Assembly: GCA_012295275.1 (NCBI GenBank)
Contig: CM022676.1
Span: 1,984,001-2,048,000 of the forward strand
Source of the DNA: Chrysomallon squamiferum
Lineage: Eukaryota > Animalia > Mollusca
Direction of reading: 5' to 3'
DNA: 64,000 nucleotides
Of this stretch, positions 16,412-56,950 are shown in pieces (the stretch's first letter is position 1; every line of letters starts with the position of its first letter). The translations under genes were made by a program, and so were the position numbers. The notes beneath the pieces were generated by a model. It saw only the letters and a list, made by a program, of their open reading frames with translations. It searched no databases and had not been told where the DNA came from.

Positions 16412-17059
16412 ATGGCGTCCCGAACCGAACCTCAGTTTCTTATCTTCTCTCTTCTCTGTCTCAGTGTTGTTGTCACAGGTGAGTACTCTTTATCATAGAA
16501 CTGATGATGATGGTGATGATGGTGATGATGAAGATGTCAGCATCATCATCACAATCATGATTATTATCAATATCATTTCCATCATCATAATATAATCATT
16601 ATCGCTATTGTTATAGTCACAGACATGTAAATCATTTTTTATATATATTTGTTGTTGTTGTCATATCAATTATTACAATAATAAAAATTGTTATTATATT
16701 TTATATTATTGTTATAATTACCGTTATAAATATTATTATTGCTGTTGTCATAATAATAATAATAATTTTTGCATTTATTTTTAGTTTTATGTATGTCTTT
16801 AATTAATTATTTATTTATGTGATTTATTTTTCCATTCCTTTATTTTACTATGCGTTATTTTATCACTAATTCTGGCTAAAATACGAACAAAAATAGATAA
16901 ACTGAAATCTGGAATATCGTTCAGACATCGTTTTAACATAATTGACAACGATTTGTCTGAAAATTACTGCTGAGCACATTCCACAGAGCAGTTATCACTC
17001 CTGCGTATATGACATTTGTGTTCGGTATACGACGGGAGAATATGGGAGTCAGACATAGA

Positions 17060-17152
<93 letters not shown>

Positions 17153-17809
17153 GTTACTGATATTTTCATTTATCTGTTCTTGTATTAAATGTATCATTAA
17201 TTGTTATTAGGTGGAAGAATGCCTCGTTTTGAAAACAAGCCAACGACGGTGACTGTTTTGGAAGGTGTAGATGCAACGTTAACCTGCGATGTACAACGAA
17301 TAGGTAGGTCAAACTTTCATCTCTGTTTTCATTTTATTATTATTATTATTATCATTACCACTGTGTGTGTTAGTGTTGTTGTTGTCATTGTTTTGTTGTT
17401 TTTGTTGCTATTATTGTTGTTTTGGGTATTATTATTATCATTATCGTCGTCATCATTTTTGTTGTTGGTATTATATTATCATCATTATCATTAGTTGTTA
17501 TTATTAATAATATAATTATTGAGTTTGCTGTTGCTGTTGTTATTGTTGCTGTTGTTACTCTTGGTGTTGTTACTGTTGGTGTTGTTATTAATCAGATAAC
17601 GTCGCAGTACGCTGGTATCGAGAAAACACACCGCTCGCACTGGACAACAGTCACGTGACGGTTACCATGGATACTAGTAAAGGACACATTCATTTGCATA
17701 TCAACCATGTGACATCACGTGATTCCGGCGTGTACTACTGTGTGGGGAATCAGTTTTTACAAAGAATTGAATTAAACGTTTTAAGTAAGACAGTTATTTC
17801 ATTTCTTTT

Positions 17810-17840
<31 letters not shown>

Positions 17841-17925
17841 GTTTCGAAGCTTCATTGTTATTTTTATTGCCTTTTGGGTATTTTTATTTCATTATTATTA
17901 TTTAAAATTATTATTATTATTATTA

Positions 17926-17983
<58 letters not shown>

Positions 17984-18093
17984 ATTCTTTGGTTGGTAAT
18001 TTCTATCTAGATGACACTGGAACTGAATGTCTGTCTGTCACTTTGTTTATCTGTCTATCAGTATCTTTCACTTTGTCGGTTTATCTCTGTTTC

Positions 18094-18167
<74 letters not shown>

Positions 18168-18174
18168 ATCTATG

Positions 18175-18247
<73 letters not shown>

Positions 18248-19001
18248 ATCTATGTATCTATCTATCTATCTATCTATCTATTTATCTATATGTCTGTGTG
18301 TCTGTTGTCTGTCTATTTATCTGTCTGTGTTTTCTGTGTGTAGGACTTTCGTCTCTCTATTACCTATTCGTCCTCGCTGTTGATTTGCTGTTATTTCAGT
18401 CGTCAGTTTAGTAATTTTACTTTTATCCCTTCACTTTCTCAGTTCGTGACTTTGAAGGAATCAATGCACTGTTTTGTATTTGCTTGTAATCTCTGTATAT
18501 TAGCTGTAATGTCGTAATTAACGCGAGTCTTACATTTATTTTCTGTGTTGTAAGAAATTATAACACACAATACGTTTATGTTTTTTATACAATTTTAAAA
18601 TAAACCTTTTCTGTATTAACATGACAAAAAATTGTGTTAAATTTCTGACCCAACTAATCAATATTTATAGTAATGATCTATAAAAATTCGTATACATTTA
18701 CATATAATTTCAAACTACACCGTTTCTATATTAGCATGAGAAGAAAATGTATTAAATTCCAGATCAAACTAATATATATTGATTATTATTATCTACAAAT
18801 GATACGCGTATATTTATAAATAATTTTAGAAACAAATATATTTTTTATATGTCAAACTGCAGATCAAACTAATAATGGTAATAATTATCTGTTTCAGGTT
18901 CGGTTCCAAGGAAAGCCAGGTTTGTGGATTCTTACAGACCGCCTGGTCGACGCCCACCACACCCACCTATCACAGACTATGAGTGGGGCAGATTTGATTA
19001 A
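16412..19001 (+). CDS. Secreted single Ig-domain protein with Pro/Arg-rich tail (Ig gene B), exons 16412-16478, 17211-17303, 17596-17784, 18898-19001; 150 aa
   Basis: Spliced product MASRTEPQFLIFSLLCLSVVVTG-GRMPRFENKPTTVTVLEGVDATLTCDVQRI-DNVAVRWYRE...LHINHVTSRDSGVYYCVGNQFLQRIELNVL-SSVPRKARFVDSYRPPGRRPPHPPITDYEWGRFD*. All three introns are phase 1 with canonical sites. AATAAA at 19011. The N-terminus resembles lachesin/DIP/Dpr-type first Ig domains. Confidence 0.82.
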
Positions 19002-19064
19002 CTGGAGTAAAATAAACTTTATGAAACAACAGTTCACCGTGCATTTGTGTTGCGTGTATGTTAC

Positions 19065-19158
<94 letters not shown>

Positions 19159-19254
19159 AGTTATGGAGAATAAAAGACGCAAGTTCACATAGTCGTAAAT
19201 TAGCTTTCTTATTTCGCACGTGTATACAGTTACACGCAAGAATGAAGGCACTCG

Positions 19255-19297
<43 letters not shown>

Positions 19298-19777
19298 ACA
19301 CACATACAAATACAAATATTCAGAAACGGGTGCGAACCCAACACACTGATGTATATATATAAAGGGTTTTCAACAACAAAAACAAAAAGGAAAAACAAAA
19401 TAAATATTTAAAATAAAGTTTATTTCAAATTATATACGAGATGAATAACTAAAATTTCAGAAGTATATTCTACAGTGCTAGCCATTTCGAAATAAAAAGT
19501 TTAACAATTATATAAATATGAAAAAAAATAATAATTATAAATACAATAAAATAAAATAAATAACTAAATAAATAAGAAAATAAATAAAATAAAAATAGAA
19601 ATTAACGTAAGAAATATATTTTAAATAAAAGAAACAAATTAGAGAGATAGAGAAAGAGAAAAGTAACAGAAGAGTAAATTACAATGAAAATAAAGAAGAG
19701 ACAGAGTAATAAAATAATAATTAAAAATAAAATAACAAAGAAAAATGGAAAAGTATAAAGAAAAGACAAAGAACAAA

Positions 19778-19832
<55 letters not shown>

Positions 19833-20451
19833 ATGTATTGGCATACTAACACAGGTGAATAGAAAAAGGCTAGTCTAGAAATAAGTTTATCGTTAGAGTC
19901 AGGATTAGATTAATTTAGTATAGTCAGGACTTGCGAGCAGCAGTAGAATACAAAACTGAAATCTCAGCCCGTATTTTTTTTCTTTTTATAACTGAAATAA
20001 TCTAATTTTCTAACAGATAAAACTGAGAAATTGAGAAACGTACAATATAACGTACAGCTATAACTGATCAGTAGAATTATAATACAACTTTGTCATGCCA
20101 CGTGAAACTTCAACATTCCAAATTCTTTATTAAATGTTAAAATATACATGATATATTTGCGTATGTCCATACAATCCCTTTGTAATTACAACGTACATTA
20201 GGTGAAAAAAAAAAAAAAAAAAAAAAAATAAATAATATAAATTTTGTTTTTAAAATATATAAATATATTTTGCATTTTTCTAAATAGTTTTATTTTATAT
20301 TGGTTCTCTTAATTAATATGAACTTTAGAAAAAGAAAAAGGAAAAAAGAAAAGAAATAACAATGAAAATAAAATACAGTTTAAAAATTATTTTATTTCAT
20401 ACTTTGTTAGGAGTCAGATCCCATTGAAAACTAATAATAAAAATAAATAAC

Positions 20452-20486
<35 letters not shown>

Positions 20487-20907
20487 AAATAAATAAATAA
20501 ATAAACAAATAAATAAATAATAAATAATAGTAATAATAAGAGTTAAGTATAACAATTTAATCGTATCCCCAAACAAAGACATTTAAGGTGATGGTTGATA
20601 TCTAAATATAACAGTTTTTGAAATCACAAATCAGCTCCACATTGTTTGAATTATTTTAGTAAAATTTCATTACTTAGATGTTCTGATAACAATAAAACAG
20701 TTACTATTCCGACAGGGTCTTTTATGATTGTTTCTTATAATTATTAAATTATTTCTGTAATGTGTTTCTGATCTTTTAAATAATGCTATAACAAAGAAAG
20801 ATTTGGATTTAAGATGGTATTAAAAAAGCAGACGAAAAAATTTATAATACTGTTAATACTATTAATACTACTAATAAAAAAATAATATTAATAATAATAA
20901 TAATAGC

Positions 20908-20971
<64 letters not shown>

Positions 20972-21227
20972 TATTTGCAAGAAGAAAATGAAAACTTAAC
21001 CAAAAGTACTTACAGTTAAATCAGGCCATACCTAATATACTTATTTTATTACTATAATATCATTATAAGAAATTACTTACATATAAATAAACAAGAAATT
21101 GACACACCCAAAACATGAAACATGCTTATTTACATATGATATGGTGCAAATGGTGACATTATGTACACTGGCTGGATTATTTTTCTTTGATTTTGGCAAT
21201 ATTTATACATTCTCTTCTTCTTTCTTT

Positions 21228-21267
<40 letters not shown>

Positions 21268-21363
21268 CTTGGTCTACAGATTTATGAAAACATAAAACAA
21301 AAATACTAAGAAGCAAAACATCTTTTAACTGCATGATTTAACTGTAAATAATAATACTAATAA

Positions 21364-21419
<56 letters not shown>

Positions 21420-21529
21420 ATAATAATAATAATAATATAAAAAAGGAAGAATGAATAAACAAATAAGTAAAAATCTGACAATGAAAAAAATGAAAAGAAA
21501 TAAGAATGAAGTACAAAAAAAAACAACAG

Positions 21530-21569
<40 letters not shown>

Positions 21570-21716
21570 TAATAATAACTAAAAAAGAAAGCAAACAAAA
21601 ATATGAAACAATGGTTAAAATAAAATTATAGCTTCACGTCTAACAGTTTTTTAAGTTTACGTAGATTAAAAACAAAGTGTGCTCCGTTATAAGTAAAATA
21701 AAATCTTTTGTTTTTC

Positions 21717-44153
<22,437 letters not shown>

Positions 44154-44450
44154 GGCAGCGAATAATAATTATAATAATAAATACTGAAAACTTTTGTTTC
44201 GTTATTCAGAGAAACCGTCTTGTAATCCTTCAACAGCCTAAACCTCTGTAAGCGCTGTTATTTTCAGGAATCGTCTGCGCCTCTATTCTGCTGTCACGTG
44301 ACACGTAATGCCCTGCCCTCTGCGCGGAGTCAAATGTTTAGAATTACGTTCCTTGGATGATACACCCACGTGATGTTTGGCGGAATTATTTCTGTCACAA
44401 GAAAACGTTTCTATTGTTATCAGCAGAATCGAGGAATTCCCTCGCAAACC
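44154..44450 (-). promoter_or_regulatory. 5' UTR/promoter of Ig gene C
   Basis: CpG-enriched segment directly upstream of ATG 44153 with the palindrome TGTCACGTGACA (~44292) and a further CACGTG (~44367). Confidence 0.45.
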
Positions 44451-45109
44451 TAGACTTTCTCAAATCTAAAAAACAAAACAAGCTTTTTCTCATTTATTCG
44501 TTACGGTTGTTCCTGTTGTTAATACTACTTCTACTGTTATGTTGCCGCTACTTCAGCTATTAACACTACTACCACTATTACTACTATTAACAGTAGTACT
44601 TCTATTACCAGTATTACTACTATTACCACTAGTACTGCTATTATTACTATTAGCACTATTACTACTATTACCACTATTACTACTATTAGCACTATTACTA
44701 CTATTACCACTATTACCATTGCCACTATTATTACTATTACTATCGTCTCTTACTGCTAAAACTCTTTATCTTACTACTACTGATGCTGTTACTACTACTA
44801 CTGCTACTACAACTACTACTACAACTGTTACCACTACACTGATACCACCACGACCATCACAACCACTACTACTATACTACTATTGCTACTACTACTGTTA
44901 CTACAACTACAACTGCTACTACTACTGTTGCTGCTACTACTACAACTACCGTTACTATTATTGCAACTTCTACAGCTACTGCTACTACTACTACTGCTGT
45001 GGCTACTCCTAGTCCTACTTCTCCTAGGACTGCTACTACTAGTTATTCAAAACTGCTATAACTGGTACCATACTAACTATCATTACATAGAGAAATAGTT
45101 AGAGATAGA

Positions 45110-45960
<851 letters not shown>

Positions 45961-46033
45961 AGCATACATTTAGAGAGAGTGACAGAGAGGTAGAAAGAAA
46001 CAGATGTACAGAGATAGAGCGATATATATATAT

Positions 46034-46131
<98 letters not shown>

Positions 46132-46720
46132 AATAACAAATCTTCATGGTTATCAGTGTTATCGTATATGTAAAATGCTATCAAGAGGCCAAATAGTCAT
46201 TCTTCTAGGGCGCGGAAGTGGAGAGGGAAGCATTACTAACCTTTGAGGGTCACAGTTTTATACAAATTATTGTATGTTTTCTGTTTTCTCCTGTAACAGT
46301 TAATTGTTCACAACAGTTCTTTTGTCTTTATTTCTTTGTAGAATTTGTATTTTATTTTATTTTATTTTTTTTAATTAAATAGCCCTAAATGTTTTCTTTA
46401 ATCAGATTTTATTTATTAACTGACGCAGAGAAATATTCCTCTTAGTGTCTGCATTGTTGTGTAACAAACATATTATTCCTTATAGTCATGTTTTAATGAC
46501 ATGTAACAATTAGTGTTTAATCGGTTATTTCAGTAATTACAAATTCATGACATATTTAGAAATCTGAAATCTGAAACTAAGAACTTTAGAACATTATTTT
46601 ATAGACTTCGTATTATTTTGTACACTACACGTAGACCAATCTCTCCTTCTCAGCAAAGTAATTAAGATATTTCCCAATCTAACAACAGTTCCTTAACAAA
46701 GCTCTTTACATTCTAGTCTA

Positions 46721-46800
46721 CAGTGGTATCTTGATTTACGAGTTCAGTTCGTTCCGTGACCGAGTTCGTAACTCAGTTTCCTCGTATATCAAATCAGTTT
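46721..46800 (+). mobile_element. Tigger/pogo-like terminal fragment (also at ~49290 and ~51861)
   Basis: TA|CAGTGGTATCTTGATTTACGAGTTCAGTTCGTTCCGTGACCGAGTTCGTAACTCA...CTCGTATATCAAATCA: TA target followed by a CAGTGGTAC-like terminus characteristic of pogo/Tigger TIRs. The partner end is absent. Confidence 0.65.
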
Positions 46801-47323
46801 TCTCATCGAAAAATTCTGGATCTATCAAAGGAAAGCGAATCTGGTGGAGCGCGTCCCCGAGTGACATTTGTCTGTTGTCTCGAGTTATCTCCCTGCCGTT
46901 CTCTCTGCACTGTTCCTCAGTCCAGATCACGGCGGCTTCGAAAATTACCTCTTCACTGGCATTCAGCTGGTCTGACTCGATGATTTTACAAACTCGGACA
47001 CAGATAACTAAAACTTTCAGATTTCAGCGCCTCTTCTCCGTTTTGCCAAATGCATGTAAGAGATCTTTCAATCATATCACGGTCGTCATAGTGATGAGCT
47101 TGCTCCAGGACGAGACATGCGTCAGATGACGTCATCGATATTTCGATGTAGCTCAGACATTTTTCTTCACGGCGGACGATCTCATACTTCTTTGACGCAT
47201 ACAACAATCCGGAGACGTTTTCACCTCTAATATCCACACAGTCAGTACAGAGATACCCGTAACAAATTACTAATTTAACAGCAACAATAGCAATAACATA
47301 TATATGTGGTGTATGTATGTGTA

Positions 47324-47357
<34 letters not shown>

Positions 47358-47414
47358 ATTTTTAGAGTGGTATCTCTCACTGTATATGAATAAATATGTT
47401 TGTAAATAGTTTCA

Positions 47415-47472
<58 letters not shown>

Positions 47473-47856
47473 GAAGAGAGGCAGAGAAAAAGGAAATTAA
47501 CACAAAAATCATTCAGTAATTCGTTACTCATTAAATATAAATTATAACTTCATTACAACAAACTGAAAAAAAAAAAATTCTGTCTGACATTAAAATCTTT
47601 TCAAATCTGTCTGCTTAAATATCAGGTTTCACGATATCGTGCTGATCTTTCAGTAGTCCTGTCATCATAGCTTGGATAAAGAACTGCGCAGACTCAGAAT
47701 CAGTCTGTGTGCTCTTACGTGTTTCCTGTCCTCGCCGACAATGATTGTGACGTCAGACAGAGCAGACGTCACTAACGAATAGCGTAGACTTCATGTGAGA
47801 GCTTTTACTTTCAGCCAGTTGTCAACACAACCGCAAATTTGGCAAGTTTAAGACAT
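46797..47856 (-). pseudogene. BTB-BACK(-PHR) pseudogene, tandem unit 1
   Basis: Exon-1 relic (SLRYSL...SDVTIIVGEDRKHVRAHRLILSLRSS) has stops and a frameshift. Exon-2 relic (NVSGLLYASKKYEI...ACLVLEQA...IRFPLID) has a frameshift at CPSL*, the acceptor mutated to GG, and the PHR domain deleted. Confidence 0.9.
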
Positions 47857-48292
47857 TTTTGCTTACCTTGTGAATCTCGTTTCTTGTTTTTATTCAGTTT
47901 CAGGTAATATAGCAACAATACTTTATTTGAGTAAATCAGGAAATATACAAGCGCTATGACAACAATCATACTTATATATGTCTCCTGAATAGATGAACAG
48001 AATAATCGTAATTATTTTTATTCCACTTAGATGAAGAGAATCGTAACTACCTACGTCTTCGGAACTGATAATGAGAAGGATCGTAGTTATTTACGTATTT
48101 CAACTAGACGATGAAAAAAGTGATCGTCATTACTATATTTTCCAAACTGATGATGAGAATACTCGTGTTATTGATGTTTGATCCAGATGAAGAAAATGAT
48201 CGTAATTACTCACGTCTTCTAACAACAAATTGCTCGGTGTGGGGATGAGGTTTGTGTTATGAGAAAGATTGATGTTTATTCATCAACGTGTA

Positions 48293-48327
<35 letters not shown>

Positions 48328-48426
48328 GTTCAAATAAGATGGTTGTTTTTGTTGTTTTTGCTGCTATATTGGAAAGCAAATACGAATGAGACATGGACAC
48401 ACAGAAAAAACAAATAAGGAGACAAA

Positions 48427-48531
<105 letters not shown>

Positions 48532-48604
48532 AGCATACATTTATAGAGAGTGACAGAGAGGTAGAAAGAAACAGATGTACAGAGATAGAGCGATATATAT
48601 ATAT

Positions 48605-48687
<83 letters not shown>

Positions 48688-49365
48688 TGGAGAGATGGAG
48701 AGAATAACAAATCTTCATGGTTATCAGTGTTATCGTATATGTAAAATGCTATCAAGAGGCCAAATAGTCATTCTTCTAGGGCGCGGAAGTGGAGAGGGAA
48801 GCATTACTAACCTTTGAGGGTCACAGTTTTATACAAATTATTGTATGTTTTCTGTTTTCTCCTGTAACAGTTAATTGTTCACAACAGTTCTTTTGTCTTT
48901 ATTTCTTTGTAGAATTTGTATTTTATTTTATTTTATTTTTTAATTAAATAGCCCTAAATGTTTTCTTTAATCAGATTTTATTTATTAACTGACGCAGAGA
49001 AATATTCCTCTTAGTGTCTGCATTGTTGTGTAACAAACATATTATTCCTTATAGTCATGTTTTAATGACATGTAACAATTAGTGTTTAATCGGTTATTTC
49101 AGTAATTACAAATTCATGACATATTTAGAAATCTGAAATCTGAAACTAAGAACTTTAGAACATTATTTTATAGACTTCGTATTATTTTGTACACTACACG
49201 TAGACCAATCTCTCCTTCTCAGCAAAGTAATTAAGATATTTCCCAATCTAACAACAGTTCCTTAACAAAGCTCTTTACATTCTAGTCTACAGTGGTATCT
49301 TGATTTACGAGTTCAGTTCGTTCCGTGACCGAGTTCGTAACTCAGTTTCCTCGTATATCAAATCA

Positions 49366-49892
49366 GTTTTCTCATCGAAAAATTCTGGATCTATCAAAGG
49401 AAAGCGAATCTGGTGGAGCGCGTCCCCGAGTGACATTTGTCTGTTGTCTCGAGTTATCTCCCTGCCGTTCTCTCTGCACTGTTCCTCAGTCCAGATCACG
49501 GCGGCTTCGAAAATTACCTCTTCACTGGCATTCAGCTGGTCTGACTCGATGATTTTACAAACTCGGACACAGATAACTAAAACTTTCAGATTTCAGCGCC
49601 TCTTCTCCGTTTTGCCAAATGCATGTAAGAGATCTTTCAATCATATCACGGTCGTCATAGTGATGAGCTTGCTCCAGGACGAGACATGCGTCAGATGACG
49701 TCATCGATATTTCGATGTAGCTCAGACATTTTTCTTCACGGCGGACGATCTCATACTTCTTTGACGCATACAACAATCCGGAGACGTTTTCACCTCTAAT
49801 ATCCACACAGTCAGTACAGAGATACCCGTAACAAATTACTAATTTAACAGCAACAATAGCAATAACATATATATGTGGTGTATGTATGTGTA

Positions 49893-49924
<32 letters not shown>

Positions 49925-49983
49925 ATATTTTTAGAGTGGTATCTCTCACTGTATATGAATAAATATGTTTGTAAATAGTTTCA

Positions 49984-50021
<38 letters not shown>

Positions 50022-50435
50022 GTGTGTGTGTATATATATATATATGAAGAGAGGCAGAGATAAAAAGGAAATTAACACAAAAATCATTCAGTAATTCGTT
50101 ACTCATTAAATATAAAATTATAACTTCATTACAACAAACTGAAAAAAAATATTCTGTCTGACATTAAAAACTTTTCAAATCTGTCTGCTTAAATATCAGG
50201 TTTCACGATATCGTGCTGATCTTTCAGTAGTCCTGTCATCATAGCTTGGATAAAGAACTGCGCAGACTCAGAATCAGTCTGTGTGCTCTTACGTGTTTCC
50301 TGTCCTCGCCGACAATGATTGTGACGTCAGACAGAGCAGACGTCACTAACGAATAGCGTAGACTTCATGTGAGAGCTTTTACTTTCAGCCAGTTGTCAAC
50401 ACAACACAACCGCAAATTTGGCAAGTTTGAGACAT
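49366..50435 (-). pseudogene. BTB-BACK(-PHR) pseudogene, tandem unit 2
   Basis: Same lesions as unit 1. Confidence 0.9.
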
Positions 50436-50871
50436 TTTTGCTTACCTTGTGAATCTCGTTTCTTGTTTTTATTCAGTTTCAGGTAATATAGCAACAATAC
50501 TTTATTTGAGTAAATCAGGAAATATACAAGCGCTATGACAACAATCATACTTATATATGTCTCCTGAATAGATGAACAGAATAATCGTAATTATTTTTAT
50601 TCCACTTAGATGAAGAGAATCGTAACTACCTACGTCTTCGGAACTGATAATGAGAAGGATCGTAGTTATTTACGTATTTCAACTAGACGATGAAAAAAGT
50701 GATCGTCATTACTATATTTTCCAAACTGATGATGAGAATACTCGTGTTATTGATGTTTGATCCAGATGAAGAAAATGATCGTAATTACTCACGTCTTCTA
50801 ACAACAAATTGCTCGGTGTGGGGATGAGGTTTGTGTTATGAGAAAGATTGATGTTTATTCATCAACGTGTA

Positions 50872-50908
<37 letters not shown>

Positions 50909-51010
50909 GTTCAAATAAGATGGTTGTTTTTTGTTGTTTTTTGCTGCTATATTGGAAAGCAAATACGAATGAGACATGGACACACAGAAAAAAACAAATA
51001 AGGAGACAAA

Positions 51011-51105
<95 letters not shown>

Positions 51106-51184
51106 AGCATACATTTAGAGAGAGTGACAGAGAGGTAGAAAGAAACAGATGTACAGAGATAGAGCGATATATATATATAAAGAT

Positions 51185-51271
<87 letters not shown>

Positions 51272-51936
51272 AATAACAAATCTTCATGGTTATCAGTGTT
51301 ATCGTATATGTAAAATGCTATCAAGAGGCCAAATAGTCATTCTTCTAGGGCGCGGAAGTGGAGAGGGAAGCATTACTAACCTTTGAGGGTCACAGTTTTA
51401 TACAAATTATTGTATGTTTTCTGTTTTCCTGTAACAGTTAATTGTTCACAACAGTTCTTTTGTCTTTATTTCTTTGTAGAATTTGTATTTTATTTTATTT
51501 TATTTTTTTTTTAATTAAATAGCCCTAAATGTTTTCTTTAATCAGATTTTATTTATTAACTGACGCAGAGAAATATTCCTCTTAGTGTCTGCATTGTTGT
51601 GTAACAAACATATTATTCCTTATAGTCATGTTTTAATGACATGTAACAATTAGTGTTTAATCGGTTATTTCAGTAATTACAAATTCATGACATATTTAGA
51701 AATCTGAAATCTGAAACAAAGAACTTTAGAACATTATTTTATAGACTTCGTATTATTTTGTACACTCCACGTAGACCAATCTCTCCTTCTCAGCAAAGTA
51801 ATTAAGATATTTCCCAATCTAACAACAGTTCCTTAACAAAGCTCTTTACATTCTAGTCTACAGGGGTATCTTGATTTACGAGTTCAGTTCGTTCCGTGAC
51901 CGAGTTCGTAACTCAGTTTCCTCGTATATCAAATCA

Positions 51937-52460
51937 GTTTTCTCATCGAAAAACTCTGGATCTATCAAAGGAAAGCGAATCTGGTAGAGCGCATCCCCGA
52001 GTGACATTTGTCTGTTGTCTCGAGTTATCTCCCTGCCGTTCTCTCTGCACTGTTCCTCAGTCCAGATCACGGCCGCTTCGAAAATTACCTCTTCACTGGC
52101 ATTCAGCTGGTCTGACTCGATGATTTTACAAACTCGGACACAGATAACTAAAACTTTCAGATTTCAGCGCCTCTTCTCCGTTTTGCCAAATGCATGTAAG
52201 AGATCTTTCAATCATATCACGGTCGTCATAGTGATGAGCTTGCTCCAGGACGAGACATGCGTCAGATGACGTCATCGATATTTCGATGTAGCTCTGACAT
52301 TTTTCTTCACGGCGGACGATCTCATACTTCTTTGACGCATACAACAATCCGGAGACGTTTTCACCTCTAATATCCACACAGTCAGTACAGAGATACCCGT
52401 AACAAATTATTAATTTAACAGCAACAATAGCAATAACATATATATGTGTGTGTGTATGTA

Positions 52461-52498
<38 letters not shown>

Positions 52499-52555
52499 AT
52501 TTTTAGAGTGGTATCTCTCACTGTATATGAATAAATATGTTTGTAAATAGTTTCA

Positions 52556-52591
<36 letters not shown>

Positions 52592-53014
52592 GTGTGTGTG
52601 TATATATATATATATATATAAATGAAGAGAGGCAGAGATAAAAAGGAAATTAACACAAAAATCATTCAGTAATTCGTTACTCATTAAATATAAAATTATA
52701 ACTTCATTACAACAAACTGAAAAAAAAAATTCTGTCTGACATTAAAATCTTTTCAAATCTGTCTGCTTAAATATCAGGTTTCACGATATCGTGCTGATCT
52801 TTCAGTAGTCCTGTCATCATAGCTTGGATAAAGAACTGCGCAGACTCAGAATCAGTCTGTGTGCTCTTACGTGTTTCCTGCCCTCGCCGATAATGATTTG
52901 GACGTCAGACAGAGCAGACGTCACTAACGAATAGCGTAGACTTCATGTGAGAGCTTTTACTTTCAGCCAGTTGTCAACACAACACAACCGCAAATTTGGC
53001 AAGTCTGAGACATT
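51937..53014 (-). pseudogene. BTB-BACK(-PHR) pseudogene, tandem unit 3
   Basis: Same lesions as unit 1, with a few private substitutions shared with the copy at 59.8-60.8 kb. Confidence 0.9.
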
Positions 53015-53463
53015 TTTGCTTAAATCAGGAAATATACCTTGTGAATCTCGTTTCTTGTTTTTATTCAGTTTCAGGTAATATAGCAACAATACTTTATTTG
53101 AGTAAATCAGGAAATATACAAGCGTTATGACAACAATCATACTTATATATGTCTCCTGAATAGATGAACAGAATAATCGTAATTATTTATATTCCAATTA
53201 GATGAAGGGAATCGTAAATACCTACGTCTTCGGAACTGATAATGAGAAGGATCGTAGTTATTTACGTATTTCAACTAGACGATGAGAAAAGTGATCGTCA
53301 TTACTATATTTTCCAAACTGATGATGAGAATAGTCGTGTTATTGATGTTTGAACCAGATGAAGAAAATGATCGTAATTACTCACGTCTTCTAACAACAAA
53401 TTGCTCGGTGTGGGGATGAGGTTTGTGTTATGAGAAAGTTTGATGTTTATTCATCAACGTGTA

Positions 53464-53506
<43 letters not shown>

Positions 53507-53608
53507 GTTCAAATAAGATGGTTGTTTTTTGTTGTTTTTTGCTGCTATATTGGAAAGCAAATACGAATGAGACATGGACACACAGAAAAAAACAAATAAG
53601 GAGACAAA

Positions 53609-53684
<76 letters not shown>

Positions 53685-54429
53685 GATCAATAAGATTAAA
53701 TTCATTTGAGAAAAGAGATTTGATAGAGAGAGAGAGAGACGGAACGAATAACTCGTAACGAAGTGTAGACTACAAAATAAACAAAGTTCACCTATTAGAT
53801 TATAATTACTTTCTTCAAATGATAATAATCTGACAAGTGTTAGTGGTTAAGCTGTCCATTCTTTAACTAGCAGGTACTGGGATCAAGTCTTCTATCCAGA
53901 TATCTACTGCGATTGCTTGGTCCCTTGATGTTTGTGTTATTACCTTGTCTGATCAAACCACTAAGTCTAAAGGTTTCTTGGGTTGATGTTACAAAATTCC
54001 AAGAATAATATTTCTCCTTTAACCTTTAGTTAACATAATTAATTTTTAAAAGGTATTTGTTGAATTACTGAATAACGAATTCATCTGTATCCAAAATATT
54101 AAACATCATTCAAAATAACAATAAATAATAATAACAATACAATTAGAAGAAATTAATAATAAATATAAAATAATAAAAGAAAAATTTAATAAAAACAACA
54201 ATAATGGATTTTGTATTCATATTTATTGTAAAAATTTTTTTTTAATTTATTTTACTTTGTTTTCACAAAAATATTGAGAAATAGACTTATCCCCATTACA
54301 TATGTTTTAATAACATGAATTAATTCATAAATTAGGACAGATGACAATCTAATATGCCTATGACGTAAGAAGTTATATGTCGCATGAGTTATTATGATTT
54401 TCTTCAAACTGTAGTTTACCAACTGAAAT

Positions 54430-56219
<1,790 letters not shown>

Positions 56220-56886
56220 TTTATTTTCTTACTGAGTTGAACCTGGGCAAAAGAAAGAAAGAAAAAAAAAGATTAGAAAATGCTTGTATATAAATGCGTA
56301 CCATAGATACATATTCATATGTAAACAAATTCATGTACACACATGCGTGTAGCCGAAGACCCATATACACCGATATCCAAACACAGACACAGACACACAC
56401 ACACACACACACTCACAAGCACAGACAGATAGAGAGCTAAAGACCTAACACGTACACATACTGACAGATAGAGAGCTATAAAAAGACCGATCAATAAACA
56501 TGCACTACACACATACTGAAATATAAAAAGTTACATACCTTTCAACCAATATAAAATATATCGATCAATAAACAAATATGCACTCATTTTATACACACCT
56601 ATTAAAAAAAAATAGAGACACAAAAACATAGAAATACACATTTAGATATTAAAACATACATAGGGACATATTCACGTACACACAGACATAGACGCACTCA
56701 GCTGAATGCATTATTATAAATATAAGTCATGGATTGAGAAAACTAGTCATTTCATATCGCACGTATTAATTACTCTCTTTTGAAATATAATGTTTACATC
56801 GGAGGAATTTATTAAGTTCTGAAGCTTACACTAGCAGTGATGTGAAAACATTGCCTATGAATAATATAAAAATATCATAAATTACA

Positions 56887-56950
<64 letters not shown>

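Noticed and set aside
53835-53900. tRNA/SINE-head-like GTGGTTAAGC...GGTACTGGGATC
   Set aside because: Too degenerate to call.
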